Source: Lama guanicoe (Eukaryota). From it: DNA of 64,000 nucleotides. Shown in pieces: positions 13,300 through 25,200 of the stretch. Every line of letters starts with the position of its first letter. Within the stretch, counting starts at the first letter, position 1. The DNA lies in contig MU057102.1 in NCBI GenBank assembly GCA_013239625.1, positions 558,001 through 622,000 on the forward strand. The letters are read 5' to 3'. The position numbers and the translations under genes were made by a program. The notes beneath the pieces were generated by a model that worked only from the letters and a program-made list of their open reading frames with translations, had not been told where the DNA came from and did no database searches.

Positions 13300-13860
13300 T
13301 CTCCCTAAAAAACAAAAACAAACCTTGTTTTTAAAAATTACATGATCTTCATAAAAGTTTTAGAAACTATAAAATAAACGGCACATAAAGCAATGCCCTG
13401 TGCTAACCCAGCTCATGCGATTACAAATGCTGTTTGAGACGAATGTTCTCACTAGTCTTTTTAAGATGCAAACATATACGTGTTTTATAAATTTTGAATC
13501 CCAGCTTTATTGTATGTATTCAACATCTGCTTACACGCCTACATATTTTCAAAACCACTATTTTCAGTGGCCGTCTAGTATATCCAGCAGAAGGAGGTAT
13601 TATTTATTTAACCAAATCCTCATTTTTAGACATCTGCGTCATTTCGATTTTTCACTAACATGAAGATGGAAAGAGAGCTGTGGGTTTGGCCTTGTACGTA
13701 CGTCTGTCCCCGTTTCTGATTATTTTCCTAGGATGGATTTTAAGCGTGGACTTTCTTTCCCGCAAACTGAATTCCAGGGTGCGGGGACTCCCACGTGCAC
13801 CTGAGTGTGTGGAGGGGTTGCCTCTGAGGCTGTTGCTGAGGGCGCCGAGGGGCGGAGAGG
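13300..13860 (-). mobile_element. Ancient L1M (L1ME-like) fragment
   Basis: AT-rich, with typical antisense L1M motifs (tatttatttaaccaaatcctcatttttagacatctg..., tattttcctaggatggatt). Confidence 0.55.
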
Positions 13861-14980
13861 TTAAAGAGCCGTTCGGGCAAGAGGAAGCGGGGCAACCGTC
13901 TTGAGGAGATGTGCCCCCTTCCCTGGTGCGAGCTGTGAGGGTCTGCCTGCTGTAGCGCAAATCCCACGAATGGATGGAGGTCTGACCCTGACCGCCCAAG
14001 CCCTGCTCACTTACCAGTTGCTTCCTGAGACCCTGCAACGTCTCAGGTATTGCTTTGGCACCAAAGATTCAGAATCCACAGAGCACAGGCACTTGCCAGC
14101 CAGGATCTGGCCAACTGGTGGGAGAGCAGAGAATCCAAGGTGGTGCCTGACGGTACGTGTGCTGGGAGTGCTGCCGCGCCACCAGCCTCTGTGCCCCGAT
14201 GGCCAGACTGAGACTCGGAGGCAGAGTTTTGGGAGAATTAGAAAAGGACAGGTTTGTTGCTTTGCTTGCAGAGGGGACTGAGAGCAGGCTGACACCTCAG
14301 AGACTGCGAGTCCACCTTGGGTTTCGTGTCCTGAGGTTTTATAGAAAAACTGGACGGAACAGAAAGGTGGCAGCAATCAGGGCATCGTCCCGGGGGTGTA
14401 TTCTTCTTAATCTTGATGAATCTACCTGGTGTCGCCGAGACACTCCAGAGGGTCTGTCCAGTCCTCTGAGGCCGTCAGCCTGTGCCCACCGTCCTGGAGC
14501 ACAGCCTCTGGGCTAAAGGAGAAGCTGCTTTGGGTAAGGAGTGTGTAGCGAGTGGGGAGGGTCATGGGAAGGCTGGCTGCTACTTAGCACAAAAGCAGTT
14601 GAACAAGGGAAGCAGAGGTGGGGGTTTGTCAGAGAAAAGAGAAAAACAAATTGCGAGAATTTTAGGTCAGAATGGATCAACAAACAGCATTAGCATCAGG
14701 GAAACCGTTTTGTTAGTGTCCTACTCTTTCAGGAGGCACGGCTGAGCCTCAGGGGATGTGGTGCCCAGGCCTACCTCAGGGCACGCTGGGACGGGGTCCC
14801 AGAAGAGGGACTTGGGAAATGGGTTCTGAAGGATGAATAGGAGTTCACTAGGTAGAGAAGGGCAGGCGAAGCAGAGGAAGGCCATCTAGACAGTGTGAGC
14901 AAGGGGGTGGTGGTGCAGAGGCCGGGCAGGGCCCAGGGATTGGGAGGGCCCAGGGGGAACAGCCGGGCTGGTACGCAGGG

Positions 14981-15733
14981 TGCAGTGGTTTTCTCATGCT
15001 GTTGTAACAAATCACCACAAACCCTGGGCTTAAAATAACACAAACTTATCATACAGTTTTGGAGGGGAGAAGGCTGATATGGGTCCCACTGGTTGAAATG
15101 AAGGTGCCAGCAGGGCTGATTCCTTTCCTGAGACGTTAGGGGACGCTCTTTTCCTTGCCTGTTCCAGCTGCCTCCAGCCCTCGGCTCCTTTCCGCTGTCT
15201 CTGAAGGCACCAGCGTTGCCTCCCTCTGACCCCTCTATCGTTTCCCATCGCTCTCTCTAACCATAGTCTGGAAAGGTGCTCCCTTTTAAGGACCCATGTG
15301 ATTTGATTAGGTTCATTTGGATAATCCAAAATAATCTTTCCACCTCAAAGTTCTTTTTTAAAAAAATTTCTAATTTAATTTAATTTAATTTTTTCATTGA
15401 AGTAGTCAGTTTACAATGTGTCCATTTCTGGTGTGCAGCATCATGTTTCAGTCATCCACATACGCACACACACATTCTTTTTCATGATAGGTTACTACAA
15501 GCTATTGAATATAGTTCCCTGGGCTATCAGAAGAAACTCGTTGGTTATCTATTTTACATATACTAGTTGATATTTGCATATCTTGAACTCACAGTTTATC
15601 CCTCCCCACCCACCTGATCCCAAAGGTTTTAACTTAGTCACACTCGCAGTGTCCCTTCTGCCTGTAACACCTGCACAAGCTCTGGGCTTTAGGATGTGGA
15701 CGGCTCTGGGTTCATCATGCTGTTGACTGCACA
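14981..15733 (-). mobile_element. MLT1 (ERVL-MaLR) solo LTR interrupted by a short L1 3' fragment
   Basis: gctgttgtaacaaatcaccacaaa...cttaaaataacacaaacttatcatacagttttggagg...gattaggttcatttggataatccaaaataatct; resumes at ~15628 (ttaacttagtcaca...ttaggatgtggac). Confidence 0.85.
15355..15620 (-). mobile_element. Short L1 3'-end fragment, camelid-type, with (AATTT)n tail
   Basis: attgaagtagtcagtttacaatgtgtccatttctggtgtgcagca...ggttactacaagctattgaatatagttccctgggcta; homologous to the copies at ~9480, ~51497 and ~52197. Confidence 0.85.
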
Positions 15734-15989
15734 TGGCGTGAAGGCTTCCGAGGTGATGGCTCTTAGGTTGTCTCTGTCTCCGGTCAGTTGAAGGCCTGGC
15801 CGAGGCACCCAGATTAAACACCAGATAATAAGACAGGTTTTCAGAGAATCCAATCCTGTAAACATTTCTTGAGCATCTTCTTCTTCCCAGGCACTTTGTC
15901 TGGCCTTAGGATTGGCCACGAATGAGACCAACCTTGTCAGAGAGGAAGGGACTGAAGGAAGGACCAACATCTGTTTAGGAAAAGGTAAT

Positions 15990-16280
15990 TGGACGTTTCA
16001 GAGGAGGTGATGGCTGAACTGGGCTTTGAAGGATGAACAGAAGTTTCCCAGGTTGCCAGGCAAGGGAAAGACATTCCAGTCAGAGGAAGCATGCGGTGCA
16101 AAAACACGGAGGCATGAACCAGCCTGGCATGGGAGGAATCCTAAGAAATCTGGAGTGGCTAAAATGGGAGGTGGGCAGAGGATGGTGGGAAAACATGCAG
16201 GTGAGGGGTTGGAACAAGGACACCTTGGGGCCAGTCCAAGGGCGTTGAACGCTGTCTTACAGGGGGCACTCCGCGTGGGC
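15990..16280 (-). mobile_element. L2 fragment
   Basis: ttcagaggaggtgatggctgaactgggctttgaaggatgaacagaagtt...acattccagtcagaggaagcatgcggtgcaaaaacacggaggcatgaa. Confidence 0.7.
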
Positions 16281-16484
16281 TTGCGGATTAGAGCAAGCAT
16301 GTGGCTGCGGCGTTGGGAGGGGACAGCGAGCCGGCTGGGTGCGGGGAGGTGTGGTTGAGTGGTTTAGCAGAACCACGGAGAGGGGCAGGCGCTACTCCAC
16401 AAGGTGCTTGGACCGCAAAGCCTGATTCCTCCTGCCCTCCAGGAGCCAGCTGAGTGCAAGTCCCCTTCCTCCTGGCTGCTGGGA

Positions 16485-16915
16485 GGGGCTGAGTCTGGGG
16501 TGGGTGGGACCCAGAATGTGCATTCTTTCCCCCCATTTGCATCCCCCCCAGCCCCCCCCCTCCCCCCCACTCTGAGGAAGAACTGAGCTAGATGGCCTGC
16601 CCTGTGCATTTAAGTCACCCTCTGTCCTGGAGCTTNNNNNNNNNNNNNNNNNNNNNNNNNNNNNNNNNNNNNNNNNNNNNNNNNNNNNNNNNNNNNNNNN
16701 NNNNNNNNNNNNNNNNNNNNNNNNNNNNNNNNNNNNNNNNNNNNNNNNNNNNNNNNNNNNNNNNGGGGCTGAGTCTGGGGTGGGTGGGACCCAGAATGTG
16801 CATTCTTTCCCCCCATTTCCATCCCCCCCAGCCTCCCTCCTCCCCCCGAGTCTGAGGAAGAACTGAGCTAGATGTCCTGCCCTGTGCATTAAAGTCACAC
16901 TCTGTCCTGGAGCTT
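16485..16915 (+). repeat. Same 151-bp sequence on both sides of a 129-N gap (16485-16635 and 16765-16915)
   Basis: Copies align end to end with about 8 mismatches; gap at 16636-16764. Confidence 0.9.
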
Positions 16916-18352
16916 TATTGCATTTTAATAAAACTCCCTGAGTGGGAAACATAGGAAAAAACTACCTTTGTTTTCTATTATGTAATAAACCCCGCTTGAG
17001 TGTGCTTTGAAGGATGGAGCCATAAATCTGTCGACAGGGCGAGCAGCATCCGGGGAACGTGCCGGCGGCCGAGTGGCATCAAGGGACTTCTCCAGGTCTG
17101 CCCTTGGTTAGCCGGTGATGCTGGGAACAACCCGCCCCTCCCCCGAGCCCTGGTTTCCTCTTCTACCAGAGGGCGCTGCTGCGTTTGAGTGTGGGATCCT
17201 CCAGGTAAAACTTCCCTCGCCCAGGGTCCAGGATGCAGAGCTGTTTCTGTAATGCGATGCATGTTATTTTGTTTGAGGTGAAAACTAATGGTTGTTGTAC
17301 TGGGGAGAATCGTGGGCACCCTAATTCTGATGTCCCAGCTCTGCCGTTTCTGATTGGCCTTAGGCAAGCACTCGCTGTTTCTAAACCTGTTTGCCCACCT
17401 GCAAGATGGATCTGTTTCCTCGCCAGCTCTGCCGAGAGGGGTGGTGTTACTTTGCGGGGAGCCTGCTCTTCCTGGGCACGACCTGGGCATTCACTGTGTC
17501 TCCTGAAATCTGCGTGCTCAAGTCAATGGAGTGAGCGTGGGACGGCCCTCCAGCCTCGGGTAGGAGGGGCCCGCAGAGGGTCCCGGGCACGTGGGGAAGG
17601 ACTGCGGGGAACGGCCCGTCAAGGGGCTTTGGAGCTGGCACATCTGTAGTTGACAGCACAGGCACATGCAGGAATAAGCCAGTGGGAGGTTGGAAGGATC
17701 CCGCGCAAGGTTCTGTTTCCAGACTGGTCTCATGTAATCAGACCTGATTCTGAAGCACCTACAGGTACCATTAGCCAGAAGCCCTTACCAACCTAAGACA
17801 GTGATACCCCCACCCTTCTCCACATCGCTCCCTCGGCCAGTTTTCCTGAGCACTTACCCCTCCAGGGGCTCTTCTAGACTCTGAGCACTCAGAGTTGAAG
17901 GAGACACGCCCTCTGCCCTCACTGGGCTTCTGTTCTAGGGGGAGGTGGCCAGGTGACCAGGAGATGCTGTTCCTCATGGAGGAAGTGTGCAGGGGCACAG
18001 AGACAGAGGAGGGCAGTGACACAGATGAGGGGTTAGACTGGCTTCCTGGAGGAAGCGGCATCTGATTGAGACTTCAGGGTGAACTCAAGTGTGTGAACAG
18101 CCAGGTGGAGGATTTCAGATGACCCATGAAAAGTCCTGGAATGGGAGACTGGGGAGACTTTGAGAAACAGGGTGGGTGGGGCACTGTGCTCCAGGTGGCA
18201 CTTCAAGAGAGGCCAGCAGAGGCCATCGTCTCCACTCTATGGGGGACCTTCTAAAACTGACGTCATGTCTCAAGGAAGTCTAGCGCAGGAATCTGGAGAG
18301 CTGAGAGTAGTACCCTCTGCAGGGCAAACCACGGAAGGAATAGGGATGGTGA

Positions 18353-18845
18353 TGTATCGGTTAGCGTTTGCTATAAAACAAATGGCCCTGAAATATAGGG
18401 ACTTAAAACAACAACCATTCATTTAGCTTATGCTTCTGAGGCTGGACAGTGTGAGTTGGGCGTAGCTTGGGTGGGGCTTCTATCTTCAGCCAGGCTCCCT
18501 CGTGCGTCTGTGGTCAGCAGCCGGCCCTCTAGGCATCTCTTCTGCTGGGGCAGAGGGGCTCCTGGACCCCTTGTCCCTCAATTCCACAGAAGGCTGGCCC
18601 TGGCTTGTACACATGGCAGCTGGATAGAGGTTTGAGAAAGAATGGAAATAAACAGAGCTACAGGATTGGGCTTGAAACCCACATAGCATCACTTCTGTAC
18701 ATCTTACTGACCAAAGCAGGTATAAGACCAGCTTCTGTTCAAGAGTTCGGGAAATAGTTCCACCCCTTGAATGGTCTTGAGAGGACTATTGCAAAGGGGC
18801 AGGCATACAGGGAGGGGGCTAACTGTGGCTTTTTTTTGGCAATGG
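18353..18845 (-). mobile_element. Old MLT1 (H/J-like) LTR
   Basis: tgtatcggttagcgtttgct...gacttaaaacaacaaccattcatttagct...caaaggggcaggcatacagggaggg...ttttggcaat. Confidence 0.7.
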
Positions 18846-21029
18846 GGGTGGTGGGGCTCGGTCTGGAGAAGACAAGGTTTAGGGAGGGCATGGTGGCTGT
18901 TCCAGACCACCAAGTGCCGTCCTGGGGACCAGGAAGTAGGCAGGGCTGTGGGGTCCAGAGGGCAGAACTAGGAGCTGGGGTTCCATCCAGGGGGGAATTG
19001 CTATGGTGGAGATCCCTCACGGGGACAGAGTGGTCTCAGACACTGGGCAGTGGGTATCAGGAAGGATGTGTGAGCCACGTTGAGGAGGAGGTGGCAGGGC
19101 CCCAGTGCTTGGGAAACAGTGTCCTCTGAGATCACAGTGCTGAGCATCCTTCAGGAGCTTTGGTGGGATTCAGGAGTAATGTGATCCTGGGGCCTCTTCT
19201 GAGACCCCTTCCGTCATACCCCATCAGCTGGATCCCACGTGGGGTGCATGACACCAGTCCAGCTCAAGTGGGTCCGTGGCTGGCCCCCGAGCTGCACGCC
19301 CACCGTGGGAGAGGTGGGCAGCCTGCAGATGTTTGCCCTCAGTCCTGCTAGATTTTGCTTCCTCCTTTGACATGGAGCTGTTCCCCAGTTTCCTCGAGAT
19401 GGGGGACTCTGCCTGCTTTGCTTCTTCCCTGGCGCACACGGTACTGGAAGCTAAAATCTGCCTGGGTCCCTATGTGGGCTGTTGGCGGCAGGCGCACGGC
19501 AGGGCTGGGCTCTGGGTTGCGTCAGAGGGAGCAGCCCCCCACCCTGTGCCACTATGTCGCACAAGGAATGCCCATCTCTTTCCCAAGAGGCGCCCTGTCC
19601 TCTCAGCTCCTCTGCTGCTCCCACTGACCTGGAGACGGCCTGGGCAGTGATAGGAGCCCAGGTTTCCAGGCCTGAGATGAGTGCCTCCTGGCTCCGTCTT
19701 GTTAGCTTTGTGGCCTTGGGAAAGTCACTTCCCCTCTCTGAGCCCAGGTCACACCATCTGTAAAACGGGACCAATGAGGTAATGGAGGGAAGATATGAAG
19801 CTCAGAGCCTGGCTCATAGGCAGCGTCAGGAAACACTGGCCATTATGTCATCATCATCCTTCTTTAAGCCACTTTGTTGCCCTTGGTGAAGGCAGTGCAG
19901 GGGGATGTCACTGAATCAGGCCTGAGTCTCTTTGTGCAGTGAATGTGGTCTCCAGTGTCTCTCTCCACTGGTCACTGGGGACAAAGGGGTGACTATGCCA
20001 CAGTCCCGGCTCTTCAGGGATCCAGAGGCTCTGTCCCCGTCTCCGGTGCCCACCCTAGTCCGTGCCACCATCGCCTCTCCCCGGGATGACCGCTGAGGCC
20101 TCCCTGCCCTCCCTGTCTGTGCTTTGGCCTCCTCCGGTCCCCTGGGTCTTTGTGAAGGTGAGGTCACGTCCAGAGGCCCCTGCTGCTCTGAGAAGGACAT
20201 CCAGAGGGCCACGCTCACAGGAGAGGGCCTGGCGCTGGAGGGGTGGGCCCGAGCCTTGTTCCCCCTTGGAGCCACCTTGGCCGCTCACTCCTGGCCCCCA
20301 ACTTGTGAAAGGAAGGACCAAGTGGGTAGATTCTAACCTGGGTGACACCGCCTTCCATCACTTTTCCTGCCTGTGCCCTCGTTTTGGAGACAGCCCACCG
20401 AGTCGTGCAGATTGATCAGACACGCGATCTCTGTTCAGCAAGCCTGAGCCTGACTTCAGCGCCCCGACCAGCTCCAGGCGCCGCACCTTCTCATCTCCGT
20501 GAACTGTGCCACCTCTAGCCGACCCTCCCAGACCTGGCAGCCTGGGTCCCCTTCATTTCAGAGCGTCCTGCTCTGGGCCTCCTCAGGCCATGCCCTCCCT
20601 AGGGCCAAGGGGCCCAAGGACCAAGGGGATGTGCTTCTCCCAGCGGCTGCAGCCGCTTCTAGGGTGTGGATGCCCCGGCCCATCCTGCAGCCTGGGCAGG
20701 CCCCTTCCCTGGCCCTCCTGGCAGGGGGACTGCACTTGAGGCCAGCATGGCTGCCAGGGGATATGGAGGGGACACTGTGGCTGGAGTCCTCAGACTTGCA
20801 TGAGGCCCCTTGTAGTGCAGGGCAGAGCCGGGTGGAAGGAGAATTGGGATGGCCCCAAAAGCCCCCAGCTGTGCTCCTGGCCTGCTGTCTGTTAGGACTA
20901 GGATGTATCAGGATTGGGACCACTGCACACCATTTCTCAGACTCTCAGCCTCCTTAATCTCTTGCTCATCAGCAAGCCCTGATGGTTCCTCCTCCAGGAT
21001 ATGCCCCTAACCCGAACCCTCACCCCTCC

Positions 21030-21680
21030 ATCCCCACAGCACCTCCTGCACCACCATCTCCCACCAGGACACCTGCATCAGCCATCGCTCTAGTCTCCCT
21101 GCTTCTTCCCTTGCCCGCTTAGGGTCCACCCAGCCACCAAAGTGAACTGTCAGAGAGCAAAGCGGACCCATCATTGCCCCTCTTATGACTGGCCCATGGC
21201 TCTCCATCCCACGTGGACGTCCTGCACCCACGGGGATCCCCAGGGAAAGCCTCTCACCTCTCAGATCGCTTCTCCCATGGCTATGCCCACCTTCTCTGCC
21301 CCTCCCACCCACTTCCCAGCCTTTGCCTGCCCCATCATCCGTCTCCTGGAAGTCCTTCCCTGGACATAGCAGGCTCCCATTAGTCAGGTGTCAGCTCAGC
21401 GCCACGTCCTCGGAGCCACCACCCCTATCTTAAGTAGCTCCTTCTGTTCGATGCTATTACTCCATGCTCTTTTCTCTGAGTTGCATTTCTCATACTCTCT
21501 CAGGGTTTCAGTGCATTATTTGTGATGGTATTATTTTAATGAAATTTCCGTTTCTGAACGTTGGTGTTATTTGTTCAGTGATGGCTAGGCAGCAGCCTCC
21601 AGGGGGCAGCAACCTTGCTTGTGTGGTTCACAAGTGCCTAGAACAGTGCTGGGTGCACAGTATGTCCACCATGGGGTTGA
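21030..21680 (+). mobile_element. L2 3' region
   Basis: accaccatctcccaccaggacacctgcatcagcc...tagtctccctgcttc...cagccaccaaagtgaact...; ends caagtgcctagaacagtgctgggtgcacagta. Confidence 0.7.
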
Positions 21681-21863
21681 AAGACATTCTGTGTGGCTGG
21701 TCTGTGAGCTCCTTTGGTGGATGGAGAACAGGTCTGTCCAGGACCAGTGCCCACCCTTACCCAGCGTCTGGCAGAGTCAGTAGTCGGGAGGACAGAGAGG
21801 ACTGGCAGATATCTCCAGGGCATGGGGCTGCCTTTAGCTTCTTGAATTCAGGAGCCTTGGAAA

Positions 21864-22298
21864 CAGTGCTAAATGCATAACAACCGGCACTCCAGGAGAA
21901 AGAAAGAAAAAAAAAACCAACCAACCAAAAAACATCTAATTTGAAGTGCTTGCCAATGTCCGTGGTATAAATTCTCCCACCCTGGCTGATTTCAAGCTTC
22001 TAGCAGGAAGTTGCTGAACACAGCCTTGCAAGGAGACATGCACCCTCAGCTCTGGCTAGCTGGTGTGAGCTGGTATAAAGTGGTCAAGCTAGTGGAGCTG
22101 TGTGAACTGATGGAGTGGTGTGAGCTGGTGTGAGCTGGTCTGAGCTGGTGCAAACTGGCCAGGCTAGTGGAGGTGGTGTGAACTGGTGTGAGCTGGTATA
22201 AGTCGATGTGAGCTGATCGAGCTGGTGTGAGCTGGCCGAGCTGGTGAGACCTGGTCCAGCTGGTGTGAGCTGGGTGGAACTGGCACCGGTACACTGTT
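21864..22298 (-). mobile_element. MER63A-like hAT-Blackjack DNA transposon fossil with expanded end
   Basis: taaatgcataacaaccggcactccagg-A-tract-...ttgccaatgtccgtggtataaattctcccaccctggctgatttcaagct...ctgaacac...gagacatgcac follows the reverse complement of the MER63A consensus as recalled. Confidence 0.8.
22057..22286 (+). repeat. Degenerate 10-bp minisatellite (GAGCTGGTGT), about 23 units
   Basis: Visible 10-nt period: tagctggtgt gagctggtat ... gagctggtgt gagctggtct gagctggtgc ... Confidence 0.92.
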
Positions 22299-25200
22299 GT
22301 CTAGGGAGTTTCTGGAGCCGTCCAGCCTTCTAGGAGTCTGGGTCTACACCTCCTTCACAGGGAGGATGCTTCAGGTCCAGACGGGCAGATGGGATGTTGC
22401 TGGCTTTTCCTGGGAACCTTGCCCCTCCCCGGCCCCCAGCCAGTAACCCTGGCACCTCAAGTTTCTCCTGGCCATGTGTGAGGAGGTGGTGGGGGCTACA
22501 GTGCTGGACCTGGCCTCTGGTGCCTCTTCTGAACAATGGGATAATAATTGCACCCCTCTTCAGGAAACCCTTGGACAGCAAGAGCCCTGAGGACAGAAAG
22601 GATTGGGGAGCTCTGTCTGTGGCCTAGGAGGCCCTGGCCTGAGCACCAGGTGACCTGTGATGTCCCTCTGCCTCTTGGCTTCACTGTCTTTGTTGCCCAG
22701 TGTGGGCGCCGAGCCTGCCTTGGCTGTAGAATCCGGGTCTGCACAGGTCTCTGAACTCGTGGGGAATCCGGGGCCCAGAATGATCCAGAAGCTTGCCTGA
22801 AGTCATCCAGTGCCCCTCCTTGTGGCTGTCCCCTCCTCCTCACCCCAGCAGGACTGGCTCCCAGCAGCTCCTTGGCCTACAGCCCTGCGGGTAATGGCTT
22901 TTCCAAGGAGGGTCTCAGCAGCAGAGGGACCACTACTTCGTCATCCCTAAGGGATGCACACAAACCTTAAGTCAACTCCCACCTGCCCCAGGAAGGTCAC
23001 CAGCCAGGGTCCATCACACCAGCACCAAAGTCGAGGCATAAGGACCTCAGGCCACACAGCCCCTGTGCCCCCCACCTCCTGGAGGTGCAGGCGCATCTCC
23101 AGGGACAGCTGGCGGGGGCGCTCTCTGGCCCTTGGCGGGTGTGGGGTCAGCAGGAGGGCAGAACAGACTCCCTGTCCCTGACCTTGGTCCCCTTGAGCCC
23201 AGGAGCCTGGGGGCTGGGGTGCAGGTGAAGGAGGAACCTTGGGCAGAGTGGGGGGAGGGGATTCCACACTTGCCTGTGATCCCCCTCCCCTTTCTTCACT
23301 CCTCACCTTTAGTTCAGGTTCTGCTGAACTAAAATCACTGGCAACCAGCACAGCGATGCTAGCGTCTTGTGTTTCCATTTTCGCCAGGTGCCACCATCCC
23401 TGTCCCTCGATGGCTGTAGAGCGACCGTGTGGAGTCCCACAGGACTGGCTGCATGGTCTTGGGCAACACACTAGCTTCTCGGTGCCATCCCCGAGACGGT
23501 TAAGTAAGACAGCGCTGGCAGGCCCTGCCCCCTTTCTGCTGTCCCGTGTGTCGTAATGCAGCCCCTCCCCTGGGAACGTCAACCTGAGAAACTGGTTCGG
23601 AGGTCTGGGAGGTGAAACTTTGCTTCCTCTGCCGTTACTCCCATTGTCCCACATAAACACACAGACGTCTCTGATCAGGAACCTGACACCAAACCGGTTC
23701 CAGTGCCTTCCAGGACTGGGCGAGGAATCAGAAACAGGCCGGACTTCTGAGCACCAGAGAGCTGTCAGGAGGCCCAGGTGCGAAATTCCAGCAGGCGAGT
23801 CCCTGCCTGCGAGGTCACGTGCGGGCCTCCGGGCCAGGCCTCGTCTACAGGCATGTTTGGTTTGGCCAGAAGAGGACTTTAAAGTAAGGCAGTTGAGCCG
23901 CTAGCATCTAAGAATTTTGAGATCTCCCACAGGCAGCCTGGGGTGCTGACCTCTGGAGGAGTTAGAGGAAGGGGTGGCAGTGGCCGCATCCTCCCGGGAC
24001 CACAGGTTGCCCCCCGGGAGGGGCCTAGCTTCGGCACTGTCCACGGCCCTCGGGCCCTGGAGTGTTTGTGCTCCAACCCATCTAGTCTGCCCTCTTCCAG
24101 TTACTGAAGGGAAACTGAGGCACAGAGGAGGGTGGTCCGTTCCCGGAGAGGCAGGCCTAGAGCCCAGGCCGCCAGTGGGGTGGCCGCTGTCCTTTCTCCG
24201 GGGGTCCAGGAGCGGAGAGCGGGCTGGTTTTCAGATGTCGTAGCTCGTTCCCCCTCTGCAGGAGGCGTCTCCCTGCTGCCGCTGGGTTTGGCTGCGGACC
24301 TAGGGGGCAGTGGAGGGGCTGAAGCTGGGGGCCAGGGCCCAGTTTATCTCGGGGAGAGCTCTCCAGGCCGAGCCTGCCATTCCCAGTGAGCACGGGCTGG
24401 CTCCCGGGGCTGCCTGGCAGCCCCGGGCCCGTGGAGAGCCGGGAGGGCCGTGCGGGCCTTGCCAGCTGGTTTACCGGCAGCTCCGGAAAGAGACTTCCCG
24501 CACACACGGCTTACCTGGGGGAGGCCTGCGGGGGTGGGTTACCAAGCATGTGCTTTCAGAGTGTCGTAAGTGCCGCTTTCCGGGGGAAGGTGACGCCTCA
24601 CAGGGAAGGGAAGATGCCTTCTCCTGTGTCTGTGTCTCCCTCCCTTCCCCTCTCTCCTCTCCCGCGCCCCCACCCCCGCGTCTCCCACAGCCTCCCAGTC
24701 AACCTCATCATTTCGACTTAACCCCGCGGGAGGGGTTTGTGAGAGTGGCCAGGACACCTGGCCCACAGACTCTCAGGTCAGCCTGGTGGACACAGGCCCT
24801 CAGGGCTCCCTCTGGACGGCCTGCCTGGGGCGGGTTCCAGGGTCCTCTGAGCTGTGGGAACTTGCAGACGGTGGCTGGGCGGGGGCTTGGTGTCACCCGC
24901 TCCGTGGGGTAGCACAAGCCTCTGCAGCCGTGTGTGCCCAGCTCCCACCTGGCACTGCGCTTCATCCTCTGACAGATGCCATGGGACTGGTGCCTGTGTC
25001 ACCACGTTATACTCACGGGGAAAACGAGGCTCAGAATTGTTAAGGAACCTGCCCAAGGTCACACAGCGGCGAGTGGTGGGTGAAGCTGGGCTCAAACGCA
25101 TCCCTCTGCACAACCTGTGCGCTCTCTGCTCTGCCGTGAGGTCCCCATGACTCCCAGACTGTTCCAGAAGTGGCACGCCATGTTCAATCAGGCCTGGCTC

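Noticed and set aside
22057-22286. Regular array that might suggest CRISPR or a repetitive protein (ORF 22046-22294)
   Set aside because: Head-to-tail 10-mers without unique spacers, no cas genes, mammalian context; the ORF just translates the repeat.
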